A stretch of 64,000 nt of DNA, taken from the IMG/VR virus record IMGVR_UViG_3300031669_000001, positions 281,070 to 345,069 of that record; one strand, given 5' to 3'. Under the pieces are notes generated by a model. The model saw only the letters and a program-made list of their open reading frames with translations. It did no database searches and was not told the origin of the DNA. This document shows, one piece after another, positions 1 to 9,513 of this stretch. A program made the position numbers and the translations under genes. Each line of letters opens with the position of its first letter. Position 1 is the first letter of the stretch.

Positions 1-951
1 GATCGTTTCAATCTCAGGCGCTATCTTCTTCTGAAGAAGGTTCAATTGATTTTCATACTCAAGGTCTGTAGCGCCTCGAAGTCCCCTGAAGATAAACTTT
101 GCGCCTGAGTTTGCTGCGTAACTAACGATCAGTTCGTCGGATGGAATGAAGTCGATTGTGACTCTCGCCATTTGTTCAGGTGACAGGACTTCTTGTAACG
201 TGCACTTTACTAGCTGCGATCTCGTCTCATCATCGAAAAGGTATTTCTTAGATGGGTTTGATGCTACAGCGACGATGATATAGTCCACTATATCAAGCGC
301 TCTTTGAATGACCCAGGTGTGTCCCAGTGTAATCGGATCGAATGATCCAGACACTATACCGATCTTCTTTCCCTTCAGCTGCTTCTTACGCATGAGGTCA
401 AGAGCTTTCTTTATCTCCAATTGAAGATAATTTTCTTCATGTATCGCTCTTATTCCATTGTAGATTATCGCATCGCTAACCGCAAATCTATGTTCGTCTG
501 TAGTTTGAGATTCCATGATAGCCAAAATTTGATCTTGTGATCGTCCATCTCTATCACTCACTCGCTGAATCTGTAAGCTAGGGGGAGACACCACTGAGAT
601 TACAAAGTCAAACCTTGAAATCAACGTTGGAGCGTTCTCAACTAATAACGGGAACTCTAGGATAAAGTCATTCCTTTGCATAAGAGTTTCAATCTTCCTA
701 GAGATTATGTCATGAAAGATGAATTCAAGCTCTTTCATCGCTTGCTTATCTGCAAAAACAATATCACGTATCTTTAATCGATCGCTTGTTCCAAATTCCA
801 GCCTTAAAGCGCTGCATATTTCTGGATTATCATACGCATCCCTTACAAATTCATCTATGCTAAAGACGTGATGATTTGGAAGAGCGTCAGCTAACAACTG
901 ACATACTGTTGATTTGCCTGAACCTATCCCACCTGTTACTACGATCTTCAT
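1..951 (-). CDS. coaE-coaD: Dephospho-CoA kinase / phosphopantetheine adenylyltransferase fusion (CoaE-CoaD), runs off the left edge
   Basis: Not in the ORF track; translated by hand from ATG at 951. It reads MKIVVTGGIGSGKST (CoaE P-loop), LEFPLLVE, QIQRVSDRDG, then in frame KIGIVSGSFDPITLGH and FIFRGLR...DLEYE (CoaD motifs). Confidence 0.9.
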   Translation of the reverse strand, partial: MKIVVTGGIGSGKSTVCQLLADALPNHHVFSIDEFVRDAYDNPEICSALRLEFGTSDRLKIRDIVFADKQAMKELEFIFHDIISRKIETLMQRNDFILEFPLLVENAPTLISRFDFVISVVSPPSLQIQRVSDRDGRSQDQILAIMESQTTDEHRFAVSDAIIYNGIRAIHEENYLQLEIKKALDLMRKKQLKGKKIGIVSGSFDPITLGHTWVIQRALDIVDYIIVAVASNPSKKYLFDDETRSQLVKCTLQEVLSPEQMARVTIDFIPSDELIVSYAANSGAKFIFRGLRGATDLEYENQLNLLQKKIAPEIETI

Positions 952-1238
952 GATATTTTTACCTCGAATGAAGTTTTGATTTCAGCTGGTGTTACCTTCA
1001 GCGCCAAAAAGTTCTTGTCACCATAAGTAGCAGATAAACGTTTTTTGATCTCATCTTCCCATTCTTGCTTTTCGGTGTACGCAACGTACTCTAAAAAGTG
1101 TTCTGTTGAAGCTGGATATCCGTGACCTGGAAAGTCAATGCTTCTCTGATCGCCTGGTATCGAGACAGAACGATTCTCGATGATCGCGTAGTGCTCTGTC
1201 TTTGGCACTTCACTTGTGTTATGGCAATATTTTATCAT
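948..1238 (-). CDS. Hypothetical protein
   Basis: 96-aa ORF with ATGA overlaps to its neighbours. Confidence 0.7.
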   Translation of the reverse strand: MIKYCHNTSEVPKTEHYAIIENRSVSIPGDQRSIDFPGHGYPASTEHFLEYVAYTEKQEWEDEIKKRLSATYGDKNFLALKVTPAEIKTSFEVKIS

Positions 1239-1612
1239 GGCTTTTTAGGTGGTGCTTTAATTGGTTTTGGTGTAGGACGATAATCAAAAATTTCATCTTT
1301 CGATGGAACAACTTCACAATCATCAAACCAGAAGCGGCTCAAACATCCTTTCTCGGTTCTCGGCTCCGTCAAGCTAACGTGATCGATGCTCTGGTCTGTA
1401 TATCTTTTTGATGGTGCTGACCAAAGAGATAATTTTCCGTCTTCATCAATGCAACCTGGTGCATATTCCCAATAAGTTTGTCTCCAGATGTATTGACCAT
1501 TGCTAAGCATCGTCCACGGCCACCAGGCGTAATGCTCTACGCCATAAATTTGTTCACGAAGCTCTAGTTGTCTTTCATAATGCTGCTGTTCAGTTGTTTT
1601 ACCAAAGATCAT
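1235..1612 (-). CDS. Hypothetical protein
   Basis: 125-aa ORF, translationally coupled. Confidence 0.7.
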   Translation of the reverse strand: MIFGKTTEQQHYERQLELREQIYGVEHYAWWPWTMLSNGQYIWRQTYWEYAPGCIDEDGKLSLWSAPSKRYTDQSIDHVSLTEPRTEKGCLSRFWFDDCEVVPSKDEIFDYRPTPKPIKAPPKKP

Positions 1613-1947
1613 TTTATTTCCTTTTCTGATTCTTTTGTTTCCTTTTCTGATTCTTCTGTCAATTCTTCAACTGATTCCTGCATCTCTTCGATCGTCTCGT
1701 TGACTTCTTCCATTGAAGATTTCACCTCTGTAAGCTCTACACCTTGGAGATTTACGGTTAACTGCAGGAAAAGCATTTGATAGATCGCCTCTAGCGATAC
1801 TAACGTAGTGAGAACTAACAGGATATGATCACGTCTGGATACGTCAAATAAGAACCACAGCCCCATTCCAGTGAAGAAGATGGTGTGTAGAATGATGGAT
1901 TGAGTGGTGCCGATCCACTGAGTTATCTTTTTTGCTAAAGCTTCCAT
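1609..1947 (-). CDS. DUF1003-like membrane protein
   Basis: Two hydrophobic helices, LTTLVSLEAIY motif, acidic coiled-coil tail. Confidence 0.65.
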   Translation of the reverse strand: MEALAKKITQWIGTTQSIILHTIFFTGMGLWFLFDVSRRDHILLVLTTLVSLEAIYQMLFLQLTVNLQGVELTEVKSSMEEVNETIEEMQESVEELTEESEKETKESEKEIK

Positions 1948-1955
1948 TTTCCATC

Positions 1956-2273
1956 CTAGTAAAGATTTTCTGAGAAGAGATTACCACCATTCAAGGTGTC
2001 ACCACCACATCTTCTAAAAATTTGACCGTTCTTCTCCGCTATCACCCACGCTTCTTCACGAGTATGAAAGTCACCAAATTGATCTATGAATCCTTGAATA
2101 ACTCGTTGTCGTTCTTTTTCTTCTTTCCAACGATCTCCTAACAAGGCTATCTGCTCTCTCATCGTAGAATCATAGTGACGTGGACCAATTACAACAACGT
2201 CACCACACGCGCAAGCTGCACAAACTATCCTAGGTTCTGCCTTGCCTTCCCAATGTTCAGATCTTTTGATCAT
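1956..2273 (-). CDS. Conserved phage hypothetical protein
   Basis: GPRH...QGFIDQFGDFHTREEAW...LFSENLY pattern. Confidence 0.7.
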   Translation of the reverse strand: MIKRSEHWEGKAEPRIVCAACACGDVVVIGPRHYDSTMREQIALLGDRWKEEKERQRVIQGFIDQFGDFHTREEAWVIAEKNGQIFRRCGGDTLNGGNLFSENLY

Positions 2274-2415
2274 TTTGGATGGAGAACTTCATCCATGACC
2301 ATAAATGTTATGAAGGGACTTAAGAACACTCCGAGCTGTGCACCTATATCTCCATTGTTAAACATCACAAAGCAAAAGTAAACTATCCATGGAATAAAAG
2401 TAGCTATCAAAATCT

Positions 2416-2739
2416 TCATGTCTTCCTTACCCCTTGTTCCCATTTAGTTAACTTTTCAAGTGCTCTGAACTGTAGCAGCATTTCGATTTCTTCGTTTGAC
2501 CACTCGCTATCTTTGTACATCAGGTGAATGATGTCGACGACTGCTGCTATCACATCGACACACTCACCAATGATTCCATCAGGGCCCGGTTGCCGATTCT
2601 TGTGACCGCTAACGATTGCAATCTCTGTTGCAAGTTCTCCTACTTCTTCCATGAGCGTCATCAAGACGTCGCGAGGATCACGACCATTCTTTATCTTGTC
2701 GCTTGTTTCTAGAACTTGCGTTATCAGCGTGTTTGTCAT
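2416..2739 (-). CDS. MazG-like NTP pyrophosphohydrolase
   Basis: LMEEVGELATEI ... GECVDVI motifs. Confidence 0.8.
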   Translation of the reverse strand: MTNTLITQVLETSDKIKNGRDPRDVLMTLMEEVGELATEIAIVSGHKNRQPGPDGIIGECVDVIAAVVDIIHLMYKDSEWSNEEIEMLLQFRALEKLTKWEQGVRKT

Positions 2740-2740
2740 G

Positions 2741-3544
2741 TTAGTTTTTTATAGGTCCATAGCAAAATGAATGTTGTGGAGAACATTTCTCTGGCGCGTC
2801 ATACGGTTTGAACGTAGGGTCAGGTATTGGGTAGTTTGTTTCAGTCTGGTGAACCGCGTTACCGTCAAACATCTGTCCACACGTCTCAGAAACTTTTTCA
2901 GCTGAACCTACAGCGCCACTACATTGATCATTCAACGCTTTTATCTTTGCTTCAAAATCTTTGATGCGCTGTACTAGAGCGTAATACTTTTTGAAATATT
3001 CTTTGCCCCTCGCATTTTCCGCGTAGCCTTTAACATCAAACTCTTTTACTGCTTGATTGAGAGTGGCTGCATCTTGATTGATAGTATCTCGTTCAGCGTT
3101 GACTTTGCTGGCTTCATCATCAACCTTTACCTTCCACTCATTGACTTTGTCAATCATTGGCTGTATTCTGGATCTTTCGCTGCTGCACCAGTTGTACGTG
3201 TTTTGATCAACTGTCCCGCTGCACGTTCCGTTGTAAGAGTCGGCCTGTTGATTCACGTCTTTCGCGTAAGCACGTTGCTGCTTGATTTCAGCAGCAACCT
3301 GATCGGTCCATGCATTGTGCGTAGCAAGATCTTTTTCATGGGTTGTGACTGCGCGCATGAGCAAATCTGCTGTGTCAAGTTGATGAGCTTGTTCGCTTTG
3401 AAGTTTTGTTCCTTCTTTATTCAAGATGTTGATGTCTCGAATCGCGTCATGAATTGACGCGACGTATAGGCTTGCATTGGGAGCTGCGATCGCACATGTA
3501 ATCGATCCCAGCAACAGAACTACGGCTGCTATAATGTATTTCAT
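2741..3544 (-). CDS. Exported coiled-coil protein
   Basis: N-terminal signal peptide, heptad-rich body, Cys pairs. Confidence 0.7.
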   Translation of the reverse strand: MKYIIAAVVLLLGSITCAIAAPNASLYVASIHDAIRDINILNKEGTKLQSEQAHQLDTADLLMRAVTTHEKDLATHNAWTDQVAAEIKQQRAYAKDVNQQADSYNGTCSGTVDQNTYNWCSSERSRIQPMIDKVNEWKVKVDDEASKVNAERDTINQDAATLNQAVKEFDVKGYAENARGKEYFKKYYALVQRIKDFEAKIKALNDQCSGAVGSAEKVSETCGQMFDGNAVHQTETNYPIPDPTFKPYDAPEKCSPQHSFCYGPIKN

Positions 3545-3624
3545 TTTATTCTCCTACTAAAATACGGTTTAATCTTCCTAAGATAGGATGTCTGGCGGTA
3601 AACCGCGGACCGCCAGACATTTTC

Positions 3625-5109
3625 TTACGCGTAGGTGGTATCTGCCCGTGCCCAAGACTGTACTTCATCGAAGTCTTGGAAGCGTTTTTGCGCACCATCT
3701 TTTGACCACAATCTCCAGCCAGGACCATCAACGAAGAAGGAAGCTGGGTTGGCAGTGCAATCACGAACCTCCAACTCACCGCTTTCCAGTTCGAAAGGAC
3801 GAACCAAACCACGCAGAGACTTCTTGCCCAGGTCGGTGATTGGTTCTTTAACCAAAGACCTCCAACCGTTTGCATCCATCATCGCGATTGCCTTCATGCT
3901 GAAGCTGAAGTCATCGCGAGCACCTTCGTGGGTAACACCAGCACCCATACCCAAGGTCAGGCTGTCCATGCTGTAACCTTTGCTAGTGAATCCTTCCAGC
4001 ACTGGCTCGATGGTGTTGATGCGGATTCCATCACCTTGGATGACGGCGGTGCAAGGTGCCAAGACCTTGTAACCGGCTGCATTCTTGTGGACACCGAAGG
4101 TATCTTCGATGTCCTTTGCGACCCGCGCCGGCTCAACAGTTGCATCGCCAGAGTCAGGACGCATGACCATCACACCACCACTGTTCTCGATCTCTTCGCG
4201 GAAGGTTTCACCCATGTACTCACGAACGAAGCGGCGAGCATTGTAGGTGTCGATAACGACGCTCAACAGTGGGATGCCTATGCCGCGCTTAGTACGAGCA
4301 ACAACGGCGTGCAGGCGTTTCACTGCCATCTTCGCGGCGCCGAAGTCATCACGCTTGTCAGCGTCGCTGTGCGCGCACATTACGCTGTGCTCAGTAGCTT
4401 CAACGCTTGAGGTGTATGGCTTGTTGGAGAAAACGGTGTTCTTGTTGAACAGAGCTTTGATGTAACTGTTTGCGCGAGTGCAATCGCTACCATCGAACAT
4501 CGCTGCGTGAGCGATACCCGCGATGACAGCAGCTTCATCTGGACTGTCTGCACCACGATCGCCGAAGTTGTGCAGCTTGTAATTCAGCATTCCCATGTTG
4601 GCGCCGGTCTTCTGCATGTACTTGGCGATGATGATGCGAGCTGCGCGGCAGGTACTTGCTACGGTAGACATCTTCCAGACGGTGCATTGAACGACAGTCT
4701 CGACATAAGTAGGCAACCAGGCAAAGAGATCGTGAGTATTGACGATACCCAGCACTGGAGTTTGAGGCTTGACGATACGACCTTCTTCAACTGCCCATAC
4801 TTCCAGCGGCAGCTTGCCGTCCAAATAGTCGACCATGTACTGCCAGTCGGCGCGGTTGAATTCGTATCCTTGTTGGGTGATTTCGATATCAGCTTCATCG
4901 ACCATCCACTGTTCGATGCGCACTGAAGCCAAAAAGTTTGCTACGTAGGTTTGACCCATCGCGACGATCTTATCTGCGTACTTGCTGGGTTTACGTGGAA
5001 CGATAGCTGCGTAAGAACGCAGAGTTCCGTCGGGCAATTCTTGCCAGTGACCAGCTTTGTAGCTGTCGCAGGCCAGAATAAAGTTGAAGCGCTTTATCAT
5101 TTGTAACAT
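3625..5109 (-). CDS. nadV: Nicotinamide phosphoribosyltransferase (NAMPT)
   Basis: DSYKAGH, LHNFGDRG, ATEHSVM, SVVIDTY, RPDSGD, VIQGDGI, GMG motifs. Confidence 0.93.
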   Translation of the reverse strand: MLQMIKRFNFILACDSYKAGHWQELPDGTLRSYAAIVPRKPSKYADKIVAMGQTYVANFLASVRIEQWMVDEADIEITQQGYEFNRADWQYMVDYLDGKLPLEVWAVEEGRIVKPQTPVLGIVNTHDLFAWLPTYVETVVQCTVWKMSTVASTCRAARIIIAKYMQKTGANMGMLNYKLHNFGDRGADSPDEAAVIAGIAHAAMFDGSDCTRANSYIKALFNKNTVFSNKPYTSSVEATEHSVMCAHSDADKRDDFGAAKMAVKRLHAVVARTKRGIGIPLLSVVIDTYNARRFVREYMGETFREEIENSGGVMVMRPDSGDATVEPARVAKDIEDTFGVHKNAAGYKVLAPCTAVIQGDGIRINTIEPVLEGFTSKGYSMDSLTLGMGAGVTHEGARDDFSFSMKAIAMMDANGWRSLVKEPITDLGKKSLRGLVRPFELESGELEVRDCTANPASFFVDGPGWRLWSKDGAQKRFQDFDEVQSWARADTTYA

Positions 5110-5157
5110 GTCAATCTCCTTGACGTTGTGGTTAAAAAGCGGAGTCTATCTCCACTT
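5110..5157 (-). promoter_or_regulatory. Two-hairpin 5'-UTR element of nadV
   Basis: AAGTGGAG-ATAGA-CTCCGCTT hairpin, then GTCAA-GGAGA-TTGAC hairpin holding the Shine-Dalgarno (SD) directly before ATG. Confidence 0.65.
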
Positions 5158-5254
5158 GGTGGTTACTACTCTTTACTGCCTCTTCTATCAGATGCACCCG
5201 CGTTGAACATCAAGATCAACGCAACTGCAACTAAATAAATTCCAAACCAAATCA

Positions 5255-5614
5255 TTACAGCCCCATAAACTTTGTGATTAGGTAGAACGGCCAAACTTTT
5301 TCCCAAAGCAAATGTTCAAGTGGGAATCCCATCGTTAAACCTGCCCAGAATTGCCAGTTCATCAACATCGTTTTGCAACTGTGGTAACACTTTATAGCGA
5401 AACCTCGATCATCTATATGATAGTGAGGTTCTTGTGGGATGTAATCAGCTCTCATAATTTTAGGTGGGGCTGGAATTCTTCCAGCCTTTATTAGCTCTTG
5501 TTCCATTACATCCAAGGCTTCTCTACTCAATTTTTCACCTCTGCAAACACTACATGAACACGTAAAAGAATGTTGTGTGCCAAATAGAGTCGTACTGCGA
5601 GCTGTGTCAATCAC
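5255..5614 (-). CDS. Hypothetical protein with Cys/His motifs and a C-terminal hydrophobic segment
   Basis: 119-aa ORF. Confidence 0.6.
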   Translation of the reverse strand: MIDTARSTTLFGTQHSFTCSCSVCRGEKLSREALDVMEQELIKAGRIPAPPKIMRADYIPQEPHYHIDDRGFAIKCYHSCKTMLMNWQFWAGLTMGFPLEHLLWEKVWPFYLITKFMGL

Positions 5615-5801
5615 AATGATGTCCTCTTCTTAACTCTTACGTTCTGCGTCTTCAGCAGCTCTTGAAATTCTTTCTTGATGTCATCACATGACTTGTTTGC
5701 TTCGGTGTACACGACATCGTAGAATCGATATTTTCCACCGGTGCTACCGTTTTTCGGTACAAACTTGATCTCATAGAATGGCATTTGAAGTATTATAACA
5801 C

Positions 5802-6044
5802 CTATTCTAATGGAAGTACATACCTTTTTTGGAACTGGAATCCTTCTCCGCGAAGGTAACATCCAAGATATGGACCTCTTTGACCTGGATCACGAGGGAA
5901 ACCTTCTTCGAACAGCTTAACTTCTCCATATCCAAGAGAGTTCAGCCAAGTTTGAAGTTGATCTTTAGTCAAGATATAGTCGTCAAGGTCTTGCCACTCT
6001 GTAACGGGAGTATCACAAAACACTCGACGACTCTGGTACGTCAT
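5802..6044 (-). CDS. Hypothetical protein
   Basis: 80-aa ORF coupled to the ATP-grasp gene. Confidence 0.6.
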   Translation of the reverse strand: MTYQSRRVFCDTPVTEWQDLDDYILTKDQLQTWLNSLGYGEVKLFEEGFPRDPGQRGPYLGCYLRGEGFQFQKRYVLPLE

Positions 6045-6853
6045 CTCTCCATCCCTTCCAACGCCATCACTATCTCCATCACGTTTCCTGCGTAGAAGCC
6101 AGATGCATTGATGGTGTTGATCTCTACTATCTTCATGCCGTCAGGAGTCTCACAGACGTCAAGTACGTAAGCTCTGTGCGGTTGCCATGCACTCGTTGTC
6201 ATGCTCAAGGTGATATCACCAAAGCGGATAACTTGGGCTGCAAACCAACGCACCGCGTCATCAACGACAGGTGAATAGATCACGCGATTGCCTCTTTTGT
6301 AAAGAGAGGCTGTAACAATTTTCTTATCGACTATCCAAAAACGGTACTCAGCAAAGATCTTCTTTGGAGTGCAGACTTGGACGAGAGTGCTAGGCATTAA
6401 GCTGTTACCGTAGTCCAGTTCCAACACGCAAACGTTACGCTGCCAATCCTGAAATTCTTCCCACTCAAAGACCCGGCCAGCGAAGACCTTCGAGTCCTCG
6501 ATAGGACGAATGAACCGCGGCTCATCATCAGTCCAATGCACGTCTTTGAACTGAACAACTTTAGCGTCAGCGTTCAGCATCATGTCACCCCAATGCTGCA
6601 ATTGAATCTCAAAGTTGATAGGCTCGAGATCATACACTCCTGGGTTCCAGTTGTTTGCCTTTGCTGCATGACGCATCGAGTATGATCCAAAGCAGATAAC
6701 TTTGTCCTGCTTGGGTTCAGCGGGCGGTACCAACTCACCGATGAAGGGTACTACCTTGTGAATAGAGTATGGAATCTTGAAGCGATCCAGCGTTCCAACC
6801 AAGTTATCCCACTCGGCTTCATTGAACAAATTTGTTTGTAAAATCCAGTGCAT
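6041..6853 (-). CDS. ATP-grasp domain protein (DUF4343/R2K-like)
   Basis: FIRP..DSKVFAG, EYRFWIV, YVLDVC, KIVEINTINASGFY. Confidence 0.8.
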   Translation of the reverse strand: MHWILQTNLFNEAEWDNLVGTLDRFKIPYSIHKVVPFIGELVPPAEPKQDKVICFGSYSMRHAAKANNWNPGVYDLEPINFEIQLQHWGDMMLNADAKVVQFKDVHWTDDEPRFIRPIEDSKVFAGRVFEWEEFQDWQRNVCVLELDYGNSLMPSTLVQVCTPKKIFAEYRFWIVDKKIVTASLYKRGNRVIYSPVVDDAVRWFAAQVIRFGDITLSMTTSAWQPHRAYVLDVCETPDGMKIVEINTINASGFYAGNVMEIVMALEGMER

Positions 6854-6917
6854 TAGCAGAATACCGAGTAGATCATCATTAACAACGAAATCGTTACGAA
6901 GATTGTGATGAAGAGTT

Positions 6918-7154
6918 TCATCCTAGTTTCCTTAACATGTTTGCGACGCTGTCCTTTGGAATGCAATCTGGGTCGCTCTTTCCACTAGCGACGAGGTTAT
7001 CAATTCCTCTTTCAATGATCATCTTCCGGCCAATTGTGTTCATTGCCCGCATCGCGGTGAATATTCTTTCTGTTGTGATGGAGTTGTGACGCTTTGGATC
7101 TAGTCCATTAGCTTCATTGTAAATTTGCGTCAGCTCTTCATTTGTGAACAACAT
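6918..7154 (-). CDS. Hypothetical protein
   Basis: 78-aa ORF. Confidence 0.6.
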   Translation of the reverse strand: MLFTNEELTQIYNEANGLDPKRHNSITTERIFTAMRAMNTIGRKMIIERGIDNLVASGKSDPDCIPKDSVANMLRKLG

Positions 7155-7186
7155 CTTTCAATCCTTTCAATCCTCTGGGATCGTGT

Positions 7187-8344
7187 TCATAATTTCCCCA
7201 GCATGTACTCGATGATGAAGTAGTGATCTTCGAAGAACATCTCAGGGCTCTTCATCACTTCATCCAATGGAACCCACCAGGCCTTCTCAGCATCATCGTC
7301 ACCCTTAACCTTCGGCAGCGATATCTTGCCGTCTACTACGAAGTCAGGCAGCTTAAACAAAAATCCCTTGGTGACAGTGCGACCGCGTAAGGAACGTTCA
7401 GGATAATCGAAGTCTTCTTTGAAGATCATCGAGCTGCGCAGAATCGGTTCAGGAACCTTGATGCGAGTCTCTTCACGCAGTTCACGGATTGCAGCTTCAA
7501 ACAATCGTTCTTTGGGGTTCAAGAAGCCTCCAGGCAGCGCCCACAAACCTTTTCCAGGACGGCTACGACGTTTAACCAGCAGCACGTGACCAGTTTGGAT
7601 GACGATTGAATCAACCGTCTGGAAGATTGGTTCGTAGCGAAGACCGGGATCATTTTGACCATAAGTTCCAGGATCACGTGGTATGTTCGGTTTACGATAC
7701 TCGATGTTGAAGAGATGCTCTTCACGCAGGTTGTCGTAGAATGGAGTCTCTTCGAAAGCGCGAAGCTCATTAATCGTTTCAGCTGGCAAGAATGCGTTCA
7801 ATAACAATTCTGCGTGGTTAGCGGTGATCTCGTTGCCATCGAATGAACGGCCAAAGTAGATTTCACGGACTGCGGTGGCGGTCAAGAAGCGACTGACTTC
7901 CATATTTTCATCGACCATGTCAGCGATGAAGTTAGGAAAGTACTTCAAGTAGAACGTTGAGGAATCACGATCAGCACCAGTGATTCTGATCTCAATGTCT
8001 TTGGGATTGAGTTTGACTTGCTCAGCGCTATCAACGAACTCGTTGATCACCTTGTTAACGTTTGCTATCCAAAGTTGATCATTGTAGGGGAAGTCTCGAA
8101 TGCCACGCACTGATACCGGTGCATTTTTAGCGTGTGGAGTCCAAGGACGAGATGCCCACTTATCAATGACGCTTGCACGTTCTTCAAACGTCCAGGGATT
8201 TTTGGGATTTCTTGCTTGATTGATGGAACCGATGAGGACCAGCACAGCGTCCGAGCGCTCACGTGCTCGCTTCAGAACTTCTGCATGTCCATTGTGGAAT
8301 GGGGAAAATCGACCGATGTACACGGTCAGTACAAACTTAGCCAT
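7187..8344 (-). CDS. nadM: Bifunctional NMN adenylyltransferase / Nudix ADP-ribose hydrolase
   Basis: IGRFSPFHNGH, KNPWTFEER; Nudix box ALPGGFLNPKERLFEAAIRELREET; FFEDH. Confidence 0.93.
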   Translation of the reverse strand: MAKFVLTVYIGRFSPFHNGHAEVLKRARERSDAVLVLIGSINQARNPKNPWTFEERASVIDKWASRPWTPHAKNAPVSVRGIRDFPYNDQLWIANVNKVINEFVDSAEQVKLNPKDIEIRITGADRDSSTFYLKYFPNFIADMVDENMEVSRFLTATAVREIYFGRSFDGNEITANHAELLLNAFLPAETINELRAFEETPFYDNLREEHLFNIEYRKPNIPRDPGTYGQNDPGLRYEPIFQTVDSIVIQTGHVLLVKRRSRPGKGLWALPGGFLNPKERLFEAAIRELREETRIKVPEPILRSSMIFKEDFDYPERSLRGRTVTKGFLFKLPDFVVDGKISLPKVKGDDDAEKAWWVPLDEVMKSPEMFFEDHYFIIEYMLGKL

Positions 8345-8388
8345 AAGAGCTCCTCTTACGTTGGAAAGTGTGAACGTCTATCGTTCAC
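8344..8388 (-). promoter_or_regulatory. Two-hairpin 5'-UTR element of nadM-Nudix
   Basis: GTGAACG-ATAGA-CGTTCAC hairpin, then TAAGA-GGAGC-TCTTA hairpin covering the SD and the A of ATG. Confidence 0.65.
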
Positions 8389-8631
8389 TGCATATTTACA
8401 TCTTAACACATATTTGAGAAAAAGTACACTAGATTGTCCATTCTTTTTCAAATTTGTTTGCATCTGACTTCAACTTAAATCTGAACTGCCACATGTCAGA
8501 TGCTAGAGTTTTCCACTCGAGATGCCTTGTTCCGACATTTTCATTACACCACCTACCCATCTCTATGCGAATGTCAAGATCGTCAGGTATGATGTTCACC
8601 TGATGTCGCATTGGAGTTGTGTATCTGCAGG

Positions 8632-8880
8632 TCATAGAGCTGACAACATACCTGCAATTTCTTTTATCTGTTCGAAAGCATGAACAATCTCATTCTCACG
8701 ATCCATATCTGTCGTTAACTCTTTAACCTTATCAAGATCAAGAATGTTCTCCATGATCTCAGAATATTCTGAAGCTGTAATTTGATTGCTTTGAAAGGCT
8801 GACATCGCGTTGATTGTAAGATTTGCAGCGCTTTTGATGATTGGATCTGCTGAACGAAGATAGTTACTGAGAATAGTCAT
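8632..8880 (-). CDS. Hypothetical protein
   Basis: 82-aa ORF following the lipoprotein gene. Confidence 0.65.
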   Translation of the reverse strand: MTILSNYLRSADPIIKSAANLTINAMSAFQSNQITASEYSEIMENILDLDKVKELTTDMDRENEIVHAFEQIKEIAGMLSAL

Positions 8881-9271
8881 TGTGTTTGCCTCCTACGGCC
8901 TTTACTATTTCTAGCAGAGAGGATTGTTGAACTTGCAGCTTCAACTTACAATACATCTCTGTAGGTGGTGGAGCATTTCCAGTATAAGATTTGATCATTT
9001 CATCTAAGTCTGCTTTGACTATCTCCGTAGCTTGTATCAGATTCTTTTCACCGCCATGATATTGATCGTAGATAAGGGCTTCATCCAAAGAAGTGATTAC
9101 TTCATGGATGTTATTGACTATGCTTGATGAATCACTACAGTCGGTATTAGAAAGCTGAACAGAAGCTTTCACGTATTTATCGTACAACACGTTATCAAAC
9201 GGCTGTGGAAGTACCGTACAACCAGCTAACAATAAGAGGAGAAAATATTTCACAGTGAAACAATTTGCCAC
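8864..9271 (-). CDS. Putative lipoprotein
   Basis: Lipobox LLAGC after a hydrophobic stretch. Confidence 0.7.
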   Translation of the reverse strand: MANCFTVKYFLLLLLAGCTVLPQPFDNVLYDKYVKASVQLSNTDCSDSSSIVNNIHEVITSLDEALIYDQYHGGEKNLIQATEIVKADLDEMIKSYTGNAPPPTEMYCKLKLQVQQSSLLEIVKAVGGKHNDYSQ

Positions 9272-9504
9272 TTGAAAACTGAGTTCTCAATCACTCCACG
9301 GCTCAAAGTTATCTCTGCATCTTCTCGATTTGAAACTATCGTGAATGAGTCACAAGATCTGAGAAGCTCTTGAATGTTATCTCTTTCTTCTGCGGCTTCT
9401 TCCGATGAAGAAAATAACCCAGTAGCGCTACCTTCAAATTCTCCTACTTTACTGTACACATGAACATGTACCAAGTAGCCATGTTCTACGTCAAGATCAT
9501 CCAT
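9250..9504 (-). CDS. Hypothetical protein
   Basis: 84-aa ORF. Confidence 0.6.
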   Translation of the reverse strand: MDDLDVEHGYLVHVHVYSKVGEFEGSATGLFSSSEEAAEERDNIQELLRSCDSFTIVSNREDAEITLSRGVIENSVFKWQIVSL

Positions 9505-9513
9505 AAAAATTCC

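Noticed and set aside
3546-4926. Several plus-strand and alternate-frame ORFs inside nadV (likewise inside rIIA, rIIB, TROVE and the AAA gene)
   Set aside because: Shadow frames of well-supported genes with no recognisable motifs.
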